A DNA stretch of 62,842 nt, the filler included, from Diploschistes diacapsis (taxonomy: Eukaryota), in NCBI GenBank assembly GCA_023645945.1. It is 5 parts of 5 records of this genome, joined end to end, with 100 filler letters (N's around TTAATTAATTAA, not from the genome) between each part and the next. Parts side by side here need not be neighbours in the genome. Positions count along the whole stretch, not along the records: positions 1 to 12,508 come from JALAIB010000733.1; positions 12,609 to 25,112 come from JALAIB010000734.1; 3 more parts are not named here. The stretch is one strand, 5' to 3'. Shown here piece by piece: positions 11,405 to 22,897 of the stretch. Both the position numbers and the translations under genes were made by a program. The notes beneath the pieces are model-generated. The model ran no database searches, was not told the DNA's origin, and saw only the letters and a list, made by a program, of their open reading frames with translations. Within the stretch, counting starts at the first letter, position 1; every line of letters starts with the position of its first letter.

Positions 11405-12485
11405 TCTGTTTGATGATCTAATCGTAATGGTCAGTTTTTGGGAGGTGTACGAAGGCGGACAGGTACCTTACCGGTAGCCGGTTTTATTTGGGTAACTCTC
11501 ATTGATCGCTTCCAACGAATTACGAAGCAGTGGGTCGTTCCAGGAGTAACATACTGCAATCCTATCAACATGGCGACTATATGATTCAATTGCCAGTGTT
11601 GTTTAGACTCTTCGTTGCTCTGTATACGAGATTGCGCCAGAAAGGGCGCGCGGGCAGTTCTTGCTGTCAGGCCAAAACTGCAATCTCGATTGGTTTCGAT
11701 AAGTATGGGCAGTTACTTCGGGGCGTTTTCTTGGTGCGAGAATATATCAAGGCTTTCAATTGTCCAAATGTTGTGCGAGACCCAACCACGTGTGCAACCT
11801 GCCTATTTTAATTTTCATGGACTCCCCTTGAACTTTAGTCTCTTGCATCTAACTTTTACTTTCTTAATCCAGCCCATGCGGGACTTCCCTGGGCAACATA
11901 TCCCATCCCTGCCGGATGACTACATCCCGATACTCCTTGTCTTGCCTCAATATTTCTTTGCTCTCGGTGCTGCACTCGGCTCCGTCAGCCCAGATTCGAG
12001 GTGGGCATACTATCCTTTCATTAATTCCCCGGCTGTCCTCGCATGTCTCGAACTTGCTTGCCAGACGTCTGTCTATTTCAGTTATGGAAAAGGACCAGGC
12101 TGGTTGGAATCATCCGGGCTGCAGTTACTGAGACACAATGGAGACTGGCCAGAAAGCACACGGTGAGGGAGTGGACGCATTTATGTGGAACTTTCAGGCC
12201 CTCTCGCCCGGTGATGGGTGTGTCGATGAAATTTTATTGAGATTCGAAGTTTGCAAGTAAAGGGGTCATTAAGCCCTGAAAATGTGTTATACGTGCGCAG
12301 CTGATGGAAGATGCCATGTAGGATATCGATGCCATCAGCTAGGCCAGGGCCATGTTGACATGCAAGTAAGTAAAATCTAGGTAGCGCACGACATGCATCC
12401 ACCCAACTCCTCACCCTCGCAGAAGCACCGAGCCGTAATCGGCATCCCTCGTGAAAAGCCAGTCCTAAAGGAAAATTAGCATCTC

Positions 12486-12508
12486 ATATATATATATATA
12501 TATATATA
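12486..12508. repeat. (AT)n microsatellite at the end of contig 1
   Basis: Uninterrupted ATATAT run abutting the N spacer. Confidence 0.95.
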
Positions 12509-12608
12509 NNNNNNNNNNNNNNNNNNNNNNNNNNNNNNNNNNNNNNNNNNNNTTAATTAATTAANNNNNNNNNNNNNNNNNNNNNNNNNNNNNNNNNNNN
12601 NNNNNNNN
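12509..12608. other. Artificial contig spacer N44-TTAATTAATTAA-N44
   Basis: Identical 100-nt linker with stops in all six frames, repeated four times. Confidence 0.99.
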
Positions 12609-12749
12609 GGGAAAGGGGGGAAAGGGGCCAAGATAAAAGCTTGGCGCTTTTGTAAATAGCCTTTTTTTTCACTTTCCGATTCTTGTCGATACTTCGGCCC
12701 CCTTGCTGGGCATACATTGAAAGATAACCTTGTACATAACTTGATCGAA

Positions 12750-12899
12750 TCACACACACAAACACACACACGCACGCACGCACACACACAGACACAAGTT
12801 AAAAACTTTGTCTGTGCAAAGAAAAACATCCCCGGGAGCCCTGGCTGGCTGACTGATTCGAACTTGGGGGAGAAGTGTGACCGTTGCAGCTGGCTGACG

Positions 12900-12934
<35 letters not shown>

Positions 12935-13482
12935 AATGGAACTAGAACTCTTCCTTTCCTTCTCGTAACTAGCCCCCCCTAAGCCCTACAAGATCGTCAT
13001 CATCATCGTCGTCATCATCATTGTATATTTTAGTATCATCATTATCCATCGTTCTCCGTTATTATCATAACTAGATAGCAATAGCAATAGCAATAGCAAG
13101 TAGCAGCACAAGCCAGCATCGCACCACCAAAAAAAAAAAAAAAAAAAAGCGAAAGAATAAATAAATAAACCTCACGCCCCCAGCAAAAACGGAAACAAGC
13201 CGCCTCCGCCCGCTCGGCCGTGGCTGGAGCCGAGCCGTGCTGTTCGTTCGTTCGTTTCGGGACTGACTGGGAGCGACTGACTGACTGAGAGCTCTCCTCC
13301 GGCCCCTCCTTCGGGTGCTGCCCCACTTGTTCGCGCCGACGACGACGCCTGCAACGGGCCTCTTTGATATTGCAAAGCGGCCGGTTCGGCGCCGCTAGGC
13401 CCCCCCACATAGCCCCAAAAGACCCCGACCATGCTGGATTTGTGCGGGTATTTGAACTGAACTGAACTGAACTGAACTGAAC
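12750..13482. repeat. Microsatellite-dense non-coding region: (AC)n ~12750-12795, (CT)n ~12903-12933, (ATAGCA)n ~13075-13099, poly-A ~13129-13148, (TGAAC)6 13453-13482
   Basis: Simple repeats read directly from the sequence. Confidence 0.9.
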
Positions 13483-13810
13483 ACGTCCATGCAACTTCTA
13501 GCCCACGTAGACTGTTGGAATTGCATCATCTTGGGATTGAGAAGGTGCTGGTGTTGTGACTGGTGAAGTGTGGCGCTGTAGGGCATGGGGTTGTGGAGCC
13601 AATGAGGTGCGGCGGAGGGTCATTTGCTTGGCGGTCTTCTCAATAAGCCCATCTGAGAATTACTTGGTTGTGAGTTTTGAGTATAAAATCCGTTTGCACT
13701 GTCACCTCAGTTTCTCGATTGCAATGGTTCCTGGGCGAAGGAGAGACTAGATAGTACGGTTGGAGTGGTTTACGGGCTGTGAACTTTTGGTTGTTAAACT
13801 GACTATAGAT

Positions 13811-13875
13811 GCAGGGGTGTGGGGATGCAATCCCCACTGAAGAAAAAAAGCAGGGGTTTGGGGGTGCAACCCCCA
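13811..13875. repeat. Two direct 26-nt repeats, each containing a perfect GC-rich hairpin with a GCA triloop
   Basis: GCAGGGGTG-TGGGGAT-GCA-ATCCCCA (13811-13836) and GCAGGGGTT-TGGGGGT-GCA-ACCCCCA (13850-13875), separated by CTGAAGAAAAAAA. Confidence 0.9.
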
Positions 13876-14008
13876 TAAAGTTCACCGAGGTTTTCTCCCG
13901 AGGGATCATGGCGATATCCAGTATTATGAACGAAACCTCCAACAACTTCATTAGAAGCACCTGAACAACTACGCTTTCCCCAATATCCTTTACAGCATCA
14001 TATGTGGC

Positions 14009-15331
14009 TTACGATATGTTCATAGTCACGGTCTGGCCGAAGTCATCCGGAGCCAACCGGTTGCATGGGATACCGCTGGTGGTATTCTGGTTCACAATAT
14101 TCGCGCACTGGTAGACCTCCTGCTGCAGCGCCGTGCCAGACAGAGGCAGCCCAAGCGAGGCGTTGACCGACGTGACGTTCACGTCCTTGAAGAAGATGTT
14201 CGGACATCCGTGGATTGACGTGCAAAAAAGCGACGCGGCGATGTTGTAGCGAGAGGTTCCAGTGAAATTCTGCCAGGTGATATCCGATACTTGCATCTTG
14301 GACGTGTCGCATGTATCCGACTCGCTCTCGCTGTAGATGCATTGCGTGATCTGTATGGGTAGGCCGACGTTCGCAAGCTCGAAATTCCGAAAGGTAACGT
14401 TGCGCACGTAGCCGCTTCCGCCACCGCCGGCGTCCCCATTTCCCGTGCTATCCTGCGTCACACCCTGCCACGTCTTGATGTACGCGCCGTCCGTAGAATC
14501 GACCAGACGCACGTCCTCGAACAGCACGTTTTCCACGTAGTCTGGGCTGTTCGGATACTGTCCGACCGAGCCGATTGTCATTCCATTCCCCTCGTAGCAG
14601 GTGACGTTCTTCACGTGGAGATTCGTGGTGTTGCCTTTTGCTGCGATGCAATCGTCCCCGTTCTGAACCACCCAATTTTCGTACAGGATGTCATGGGAGT
14701 TCCAGATGTCCGAGCCATCTGTGTTGACGGTACCGTACTGGTCATCGCTAGTCGCGTTGACGTACACATTCGTGAGGATAACGTTCATGCTACGAGTGAT
14801 AAATGTCGCCCAAAACTGAGGTTGAATGATGGTAAGGCGGTCTACTACAAGGTTGGTGGAGTTGAAGAATGTGATGGTGATCGGCCTTCCCGGCTCGTTG
14901 GAGTTGTCTTTGTTCTGCGTGTACCATGTCTGTCCCTGGCCATTGATGGACCCCCCGCTGCCGTTGAAGGTGACGTTCATCCCTCCAAACAGCCAAGCAG
15001 TCGATTGGTTTTGCAGGCCCACATTATAGCTGTGGGACAACCAGTATGGGACGTTCGTCGAAAAAAGAAGCTCCCCTTGGAGGGACACGTTGCAATTGAG
15101 CAGGTTGGTCGTGTTCATGGCCTGGCCAACATTGAAGGTGTTGTTGGTGAAGATGACACTACCGTTAGTTCCACAGAGCTCGAAAGCTTGAATTATCGAC
15201 GGGCTGTCATCGACGGGCTGCCCAAAATGGGTAGTGGATTCTGGATACAGGTAACAAGAAGTGCCATTGTTCACAACGTAGCCAACACATAGAGCCGTAA
15301 GAAAGCAGATTATGAACGCCTGACTCAACAT
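14009..15331 (-). CDS. Secreted glycoside hydrolase family 28 protein, Rgx-type (exo-rhamnogalacturonase/alpha-L-rhamnosidase-like), 440 aa, intronless
   Basis: Signal-peptide-like MLSQAFIICFLTALCVG from the ATG at 15331; DDSPSIIQAF, INGQGQTWY, NTDG, NGDDCIAAK, TIGSVGQY, AYIKTW, GGGGSGYVRNVTF, PIQITQCY-like motif; many N-x-S/T sequons. Confidence 0.88.
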   Translation of the reverse strand: MLSQAFIICFLTALCVGYVVNNGTSCYLYPESTTHFGQPVDDSPSIIQAFELCGTNGSVIFTNNTFNVGQAMNTTNLLNCNVSLQGELLFSTNVPYWLSHSYNVGLQNQSTAWLFGGMNVTFNGSGGSINGQGQTWYTQNKDNSNEPGRPITITFFNSTNLVVDRLTIIQPQFWATFITRSMNVILTNVYVNATSDDQYGTVNTDGSDIWNSHDILYENWVVQNGDDCIAAKGNTTNLHVKNVTCYEGNGMTIGSVGQYPNSPDYVENVLFEDVRLVDSTDGAYIKTWQGVTQDSTGNGDAGGGGSGYVRNVTFRNFELANVGLPIQITQCIYSESESDTCDTSKMQVSDITWQNFTGTSRYNIAASLFCTSIHGCPNIFFKDVNVTSVNASLGLPLSGTALQQEVYQCANIVNQNTTSGIPCNRLAPDDFGQTVTMNIS

Positions 15332-16784
15332 TTCGACAGCATCGAGGTCGCAGAAATGCACTCACCACGACCTGCGTTCCGAGTCTGGGCTTTTGTACCT
15401 CAGAGTTGCAGTTTGAAGCTCCGCATACATTTTATTGATCCCCCGCATTTCATTTCCGATCGATGTCATTTGAACGCTTGTATGAAATGCGTTCGGTGTC
15501 CATTCAGCAAAGACCAAACCAATACATCTGAAAAACTGATAGAACAATATCGTCGCGATATTGGTGATGAGATATATGCATGCTACCTTACATTTCTTTT
15601 AGGGGTACAGTGACCTCACAGACTCACAAGACAGAGTGCAGGTTAGCTTCTCAACACATGGTGTGATGTAAGTAATGATCTGGTGACAAGGTCTAGTTGC
15701 TGTTGGAGAAACTTGCAAGGTGTAGTATCGAGAAACCAGGTCAGCGTGGAAGACTCCAACAGCGTGTCTTGACTCTAGCCTAAAATCCAGATTGCATCGT
15801 ACTTACAGAGGAATACATGATAGGAGGAGGGGAGGGAAGGCATACAATTTTGCATGTCGGAAGTAACATAACGTCGGCTTATCGAGACGATAGCGGGTCA
15901 ATAGTTGATCCGAGCCGATTGTGACCTGCAGTTTGTCCGAGGAGCACTATAGGGCTGACCATTATTTTGCATACACGTTTAATTTTCTTTCAGTTTTTCA
16001 AGTCGTGTTAGTAGCTGTGTTAGTAGCGCACACAAGCTCATATCATGTGATAAAAGCTCTCATCATTTAATCTGAATTTCACATTCTCCTTACATTTTAG
16101 AGCTCATTTTCAGAGCTTAGATCATCAATAACCCTCTTGCGACAGTGTCAGCTGTGGCTCGTATATGTAATACATATAAATTACTATGGGAACTAGATAT
16201 GAGCTAAACGGCTTGGCAGACACTATATATATGTGGGAAAAAAGCGACGCAGGTAGTGCTCCTGAGACCAACCGCTCACCTGCCGCTTCCCTTCCGATAG
16301 CAAGGGCTTGTTCAGGGCTGATGTGTTCTACCTGCTTTGGCAGTTGTTGAGCAGCCAACGTCTAAACCAAGCAGTGACTACTACTTAGTGAATCCACTCG
16401 CCCCTGGTAGTCTAGCTACGTTGTAAGTAAAGCTGCAGAGCCATTACAGCAAGCTCTCCGGTTGTGGGGTGCCGGTTCATGAGTTTATCGCCCACAGTTG
16501 CGCTTTCCATAACCTCTTTGTTGAACTACGTATTGCTGGAATAGCACTGCAGCAACGGACACCAGGCGTTGCTACCGACCCGAATCCCAAATCCTCGACA
16601 TTATTTAAAAGCTCATGATGCTTTGCTTTTCCTTCCATTCTTCTCACACGCAAAGTGTTCTGTTCCTTTGATTCCCAGCCATCGTTTGCAGGGTTGATTG
16701 ACAGGCACTTGATACCTAAAGCTCAATCATTCTAGTCTAGGGCAATTCTTCCAGATGTTAGCTACTAATGTTAGGGCCTTCACC

Positions 16785-19700
16785 ATGAGTTCTCCTAGAG
16801 CAAGCTCCTCGAAACAGGTTTATCTGCTCCCATTGAGGGACGATGGCACTCCAGATGTGCCCGATCAGTATATCTATCTCCCCCCTCCCACGGAAGAACC
16901 CTACATGGTTCGCTTTGCCATTGAAGGGGCAAGCTCGATATGCAGAAACGGAAGTCTATGGGTGAATATTCCCGCTGCTGGGAAAGCATTCGAAAGAGGG
17001 AAGTATCGAGAGTTCAGGTGAGTATGTCAAGGGCTGGTGTTGACAGTGAAGCTTAGATGCCAACAGACTACAGCCCGACTTTCAACGGACCATCAAAATC
17101 GACATACCTATAACGACTGCCGGGGCCTATGCATTCTACGTCACATATGACTCGTTACCGGACTTCTCGACTACTAAAGCTCGGAAGGTCGAATCCAAAC
17201 AGACGCCGCTCTATTACATTGATGTCTCTCCGAAACTCACGCTCCAAAAAGAGCCTCTTCCACTTGATGCCTTGTCAATCTTCTCAATGCTATCAAAGTT
17301 CATGGGCAGATATCCGGATGATTGGGAGAAGCATCTGAAAGGAATCGGTGAACGAGAGTACAACATGATACATTTTACGCCATTGATGCAAAGGGGCGAC
17401 TCGAATTCCCCTTACAGCTTAGCCAACCAAATGGAATTCGATCCGCTATGCTTTCCTAACGGTGAGAAGGACATTGAGCATCTGGTCGACTCCATGGAAC
17501 AGAAGCATGGGCTGTTGGCCATGACCGACGTTGTCTGGAATCATACGGCGCATTCCAGTCAGTGGCTCGAGGAGCATCCCGAGGCTGGATACAACATCGA
17601 AACTGCACCATGGCTTGAATCTGCTTTGGAACTAGACACTGCATTTCTAAAGTTCAGCAACAGTCTTGGCGCCCTGGGCTTACCGACTACACTACACAAC
17701 GTCGCTGATCTGCTGAAGATCATGGATGGCGCAAAGACTCATGTCATTGGCGCAATACGTCTTTGGGAATTCTATGTTGTCGATGTCGAGAAAAACGCGA
17801 AGGAGGCTGTTGCTGCCTGGGAGAAGGGACAAATCTCCACTCCATCTGGCGGCTTTGGCGCTGAAGATGCTGCCGAAATAAAGGGATGGCCTCTGAAAAG
17901 ACAGGCAGACTTTCTACTGAGTCACGGTCTCATTGGAAAGTCTCCAATGGGTTGCCGATTCTCACGTAAAGTAGACCCGAAGGTAGCCGCTGCATTGCTC
18001 GCTGCAATCTTTGGCCGCTACGGTAAGAAAGGCCGAGGAGCACCATCTTCGGGTGGTGTGCACAGTACAATCATCAAAATCTTGGATGAACTCAATCTGC
18101 CATTCTACAGGGAATACGATGCAGATACCGGCGAGATACTCGAGCAGACATTCAACCGTGTGAAGTATATGCGTCTAGACGACCATGGACCTGGAGCCGG
18201 CGCTATCACAAAAGAATCTCCGCTAGTTGAGCCGTATTTCACCAGGCTACCCGAGAATGAAACGACCAGGAAGCACGATCCGAAAAGCCTCGCTTTAGTG
18301 AACAACGGATGGATCTGGGCTGCAGATGCAATGCGTGACAATGCAGGTCCGGACTCAAAAGCGTATCTACGCCGAGAGGTTATCGTTTGGGGAGACTGTG
18401 TCAAGCTCCGCTACGGAAAAAGCCCAGAGGATAACCCGTTCCTGTGGGACTTTATGTCCAGGTACACCAGACTCACAGCAAAGTACTTCGCTGGCTTACG
18501 AATTGACAACTGCCACTCGACTCCGATCCATGTTGCAGAGTACCTTTTGGACCAGGCACGGCAAGTTCGACCAAACCTTGCGGTCTTTGCAGAGCTTTTC
18601 ACAGGCTCTGAGCAGATGGACTACGTATTTGTCAAACGCCTGGGACTCAGCGCACTGATTAGGGAAGCAATGCAAGCGTGGAGCACCCAGGAACTCAGCA
18701 GGCTAGTCCATAGACACGGAGGTAGGCCGATTGGCAGCTTTGAAGTCAGCGAGACTTCTGAAAGTAATGCGACGGCCGGAGGAGGCCCGGAGGAGGTTAT
18801 CAAGAAAATCAAGCGAAGCCCATTGCATGCGCTCTTTATGGACTGTACGCATGACAACGAGGTTCCCGCGCAGAAGCGAGATGCACGAGATACGCTATCG
18901 AACGCTGCCCTTGTCAACATGTGTGCCACCGCCACAGGTAGTGTCATGGGGTACGACGAAATTTACCCTCAGCTGGTGGACCTCGTCAACGAAAAACGTC
19001 TTTACACATCGTATTCTTCGGACAACGAAGTCAAGGTCGGCGGTGGTAAAGGAGGCATTGGAGGCATCAAGAAACTTCTCAACCAGATCCATGTTCTGAT
19101 GGGAAAGGACGGATATGACGAGACCCATATACACCACGAAGGAGAGTTCATCACAGTGCATCGTGTCCACCCCCTGACACGGAAAGGCTATTTTCTTATT
19201 GCGCACACTGCATTCCCAGGCTATGGAAACGGCAACGGAGGCTTGCCTCCGACTCATATAACTGGCACCAAGGCTGCACTAATAGGAAGCTGGAAGCTCG
19301 AAGTTGACGCTAGCGAGGATACTAAATCACGCGTTTTCGCCGATAAGACGCATCTTCGGGGTCTCCCAAGCACGGTCACTGAACTCAAGGGAATCAAGGT
19401 CGAGGAATCGGCAAGTGAGACGGTTATCTCAATACCCGATCATTTTCCTCCTGGCAGCGTTGCTCTCTTCGAAACGTCTATTCCAACCGCTGAACATTCC
19501 GACGGATTGGACAAATTTGTTACGAGTGGTGCAAATGAAGCGTTTGGCCGTCTCAGTCTTGTCGAACTGAACTTTGTTCTTTACCGGTGCGATGCTGAAG
19601 AACGAGACTTCAGTGCCGGCCAAGATGGCGTGTACACTATTCCTGATCATGGCTCTCTCGTCTATGCTGGCCTTCAAGGCTGGTGGAGCGTACTAAGAGA

Positions 19701-21508
19701 TGTCGTCGAAAAAAATGACCTTGGGCATCCAATCTGCAACCATCTCAGGAATGGACAGTGGGCCCTTGACTACATCATCAATCGGCTCAAGAAGCTCGCC
19801 GAAAAGGAAAGGTACCCTTCTCTGGAGGAACCCAGGCAGTGGCTAGCTTCAAGATTCGAAGCCATTCGAAAAATCCCTAGCTTTCTTCTTCCGAGGTACT
19901 TTGCTTTGATCGTTCAGACTGCATACACTGCGGCTTGGGAAAGAGCCACGTCACTTATGAGCAACGATATATGCCATGGTCAGCACTTCTTGCAGCAACT
20001 GGCCATGGTGAGTGTTCAAGAAACCGGGTACATGAAATCTGCTTCGCTTTGGCCGGAGAAACGGGTGCCATGCCTTGCAGCTGGACTGCCACACTTTTCG
20101 TCCTCGTGGGCCAGGTGCTGGGGCCGAGATGTTTTCATCTCCTTGAGGGGTCTCTTCCTTGCCACTGGAAGATACCAAGATGCGCGGGAGCACATCTTGG
20201 CCTTTGGAAGTGTTCTCAAGCACGGAATGATTCCTAACCTTCTGAGCAGTGGCAAATGCCCACGATACAACTCGAGAGATTCTGTTTGGTTTTTCCTGCA
20301 AAACATCCAAGACTACACGAAAATGGTTCCCAACGGTATGGATATACTGAAAGAGGCTGTTCCTAGACGATTCACACCTTACGACGATACGTATTTTGAG
20401 TTTGACGATAAACGGGCGTATTCCGAAAAGTCCACCGTCGAAGAGATAATACAAGAAGTGATGCAAAGACATGCCGCAGGAATATCGTTCCGAGAAGCTA
20501 ATGCAGGTCCCAACCTGGACATGCAGATGAAGTCGGAGGGCTTTAATATCGAGATCCACGTGGATTGGAGCAACGGCTTGATATTTGGGGGCAATCAAAA
20601 TAATTGCGGGACATGGATGGACAAAATGGGCGAGAGCGAGAAAGCAGGGAGCAAAGGCGTTCCAGGAACTCCTCGGGATGGAGCTGCTGTGGAAATTACT
20701 GGAATGCTCTACAGCACCCTGGTATGGCTGGACAGCCTTGCAAAGGAGGGTAAGTACCCGTATCAGGGCGCCAAGGTTGACTCGAAAGTCATCAGCTGGG
20801 CAACGTGGGCGTCGAAGATCAAAGGGAGCTTCGAGCGATGCTACTATGTGCCACTGAACCGCGAGCAAGACAAAGAGTTCGACATCGATCCGAAGATCAT
20901 CAACCGCCGCGGCATCTACAAAGATCTGTACCGCTCTGGGAAGCCTTACGAGGACTATCAGCTGCGGCCCAACTTTCCAATCGCCATGACTGTGGCTCCG
21001 GATCTTTTCACTCAGTCGCGAGCTTTGTATGCTCTAGCTGCCGCTGACGAGTACCTTCGTGGCCCAACAGGAATGGCTACCCTCGATCCTTCAGACTTGA
21101 ATTACCGGCCTTACTACAATAACTCGGAGGACTCGCATGACTTTGCAACAAGCAAGGGCAGAAACTATCACCAAGGCCCAGAGTGGCTGTGGCCCACAGG
21201 TTTCTTCCTACGTGCGTTATTGAAGTTCGACTTGATGCGGTCAAAGACCAAAGAGGAGCGCGTCGAGGCCATGCAGCAGGTGACGCAGAGGTTAAAAGGC
21301 TGCAAGCAAGCCATATCAAACAGCCCTTGGGCGGGATTGGCAGAGTTGACGAACAAAGATGGCTCTTTCTGCGGCGATTCAGTGAGTGTTGTGAACACCT
21401 ATTTATGCTGTCATGGTTGCTAATCCTGTTCAGTCACCTACGCAATCATGGTCCGCAGGTTGCTTGATTGACTTGTTCTACGATGCTAAGGAGCTATCCA
21501 TAGATTAG
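16785..21508 (+). CDS. GDB1: Glycogen debranching enzyme (4-alpha-glucanotransferase/amylo-1,6-glucosidase); exons 16785-17017, 17067-21381, 21434-21508
   Basis: YNMIHFTPLMQRGDSNSPYSL, DVVWNHTA, YLRREVIVWGDCVKLRYG, RIDNCHSTP, MDCTHDNE, AAGLPHF, RCWGRDVFIS, CGTWMDKMGES, DYQLRPNF, NYHQGPEW, and last exon SPTQSWSAGCL. Confidence 0.97.
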
Positions 21509-21881
21509 AGTTGAAGCATCCTCCATATCAAAAAAGCGTTCGTCTCATGGCGATGGAGTACAATTCTGTACATACCTACTTTTAGTTAATACCTAGAACC
21601 TATAGCACAGCGCCAAGCTTTCTTCATGCATCACCTGAAGGTGAGTGATAGCTATGACGCGGTCCCAAATATGGCGTTTCCTTCCCCACCACCTTGCACT
21701 CGTTGTACATTGACTATAACCCCAAGGATTTCTTGAACAAGCATCCTCAGAGATCGCTCGAAGATCGTGCGGTTAGCCTGCTTGACCAAGCGGTATAGGG
21801 GAAGAATTTTTCAAGCCTTTCAGTCTTGTTTACGATAAAGGGCTCCTTTGGAAAACCTCGCCCCAACCAGCCCCGTTTCCA

Positions 21882-22897
21882 ATGACAGACGGCACAAGGT
21901 TTCAACACATCAAAGATAAGATGACCCGGCATTTTGGAGAAACTGTGAGTTGGCCTCCCTACTCTGCAGCGTAGACGAATGTTGCTCCCGTTCCTCATAT
22001 GAAGAAATTCTTTACGACCTCAACTGGAAGAAAAGCAAGGAACGCCCTGACACATCGCGATTTAGTCGGGAGATAGTATGCCGTACTTGAGTTGTAAGTG
22101 TACCCAATCTTGCGCATCAAACCTCAAAATCTAAGCACTCTAGACCACGACATACGGCGTGGGTAATACCTGTCCGATTAGCATTGTTTTGCACATGGCT
22201 AAGCTCCACAATAAAGTGACGAGGGAGGACGTGGACACTATCAAAGCAGACTGGCTGACGGACAACGTAAGTTATCCTCATGACCAGAAGCAGGTAATCG
22301 CTAAGCACTACACCTCAGGTCATCGCCTGGTACCAGGAAGTGCTAGAACACGAGACCCTCAGCCGGTACCCCACCGCAAACGTAATCCTTTTGCGACCCA
22401 GCATGGCCAACATGCTCCTTAACACCCCGGACCCTACGACCCTAAGAGAAGCCCTCCCTTCCTTCACGGAGACGAGCCACATCTTCCTTCCGATCAACGA
22501 CAGCCGGACAACAACCGTGCCCGAGAGTGGCTCACACTGGTCGCTCCTCGTTGTCTCCGTCGCGGACAGGATGTCGTTTCACTACGACTCTCTGAACTCG
22601 GCAAACAAGAAAGAGGCACACATCGTGTCGGAGAAGTTAGGCCAACTCCTAGGCGTTGAGCTAGACTTCAAGGATCTGGACGACAGCCCGCAGCAGGTGA
22701 ACAGCAGCGACTGTGGCGTATACACGTGCTTGACTATGCGGCATCTGCTAGTCAAACGACTGTTGAAGAGGCAGAAAGGGGAGAAGGTCAGCATGAGCAT
22801 GAGCAGCAAGGAGGTTGATGCGGCGAAGGGAAGGAGGCTAATGCTCCAGGATATTTCTAACCAGAGGAAATCTGCGGAAAGGCGGAAGTCTAGGTAG
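21882..22897 (+). CDS. denA: NEDD8-specific protease DenA/DEN1 (SENP8, Ulp1/C48 family); exons 21882-21944, 22066-22093, 22144-22158, 22217-22266, 22319-~22897 (3' end uncertain)
   Basis: Spliced N-terminus MTDGTRFQHIKDKMTRHFGET-SGDSMPYLSYHDIRLTREDVDTIKADWLTDN-VIAWYQE; catalytic motifs FLPIND, GSHWSLL, HYDS, QQVNSSDCGVY. TCTAG|GTAGGC at the end may be another donor rather than the stop. Confidence 0.88.

Noticed and set aside
11530..12414. ORFs of 70-183 aa downstream of EPT1
   Set aside because: Mostly non-ATG starts, no motifs and no convincing splice structure; could be degenerate sequence but unsupported.
12553..12564. Regularly spaced palindromic TTAATTAATTAA (every ~12.6 kb) as a biological repeat or array
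   Set aside because: Always embedded in N44 blocks; it is a six-frame stop linker added during concatenation.
19951..20868. 305-aa antisense ORF inside GDB1, and similar shadows in VPS52, GH28, RIF1 and the epimerase
   Set aside because: They lie opposite well-supported conserved genes and have no independent coding signal.
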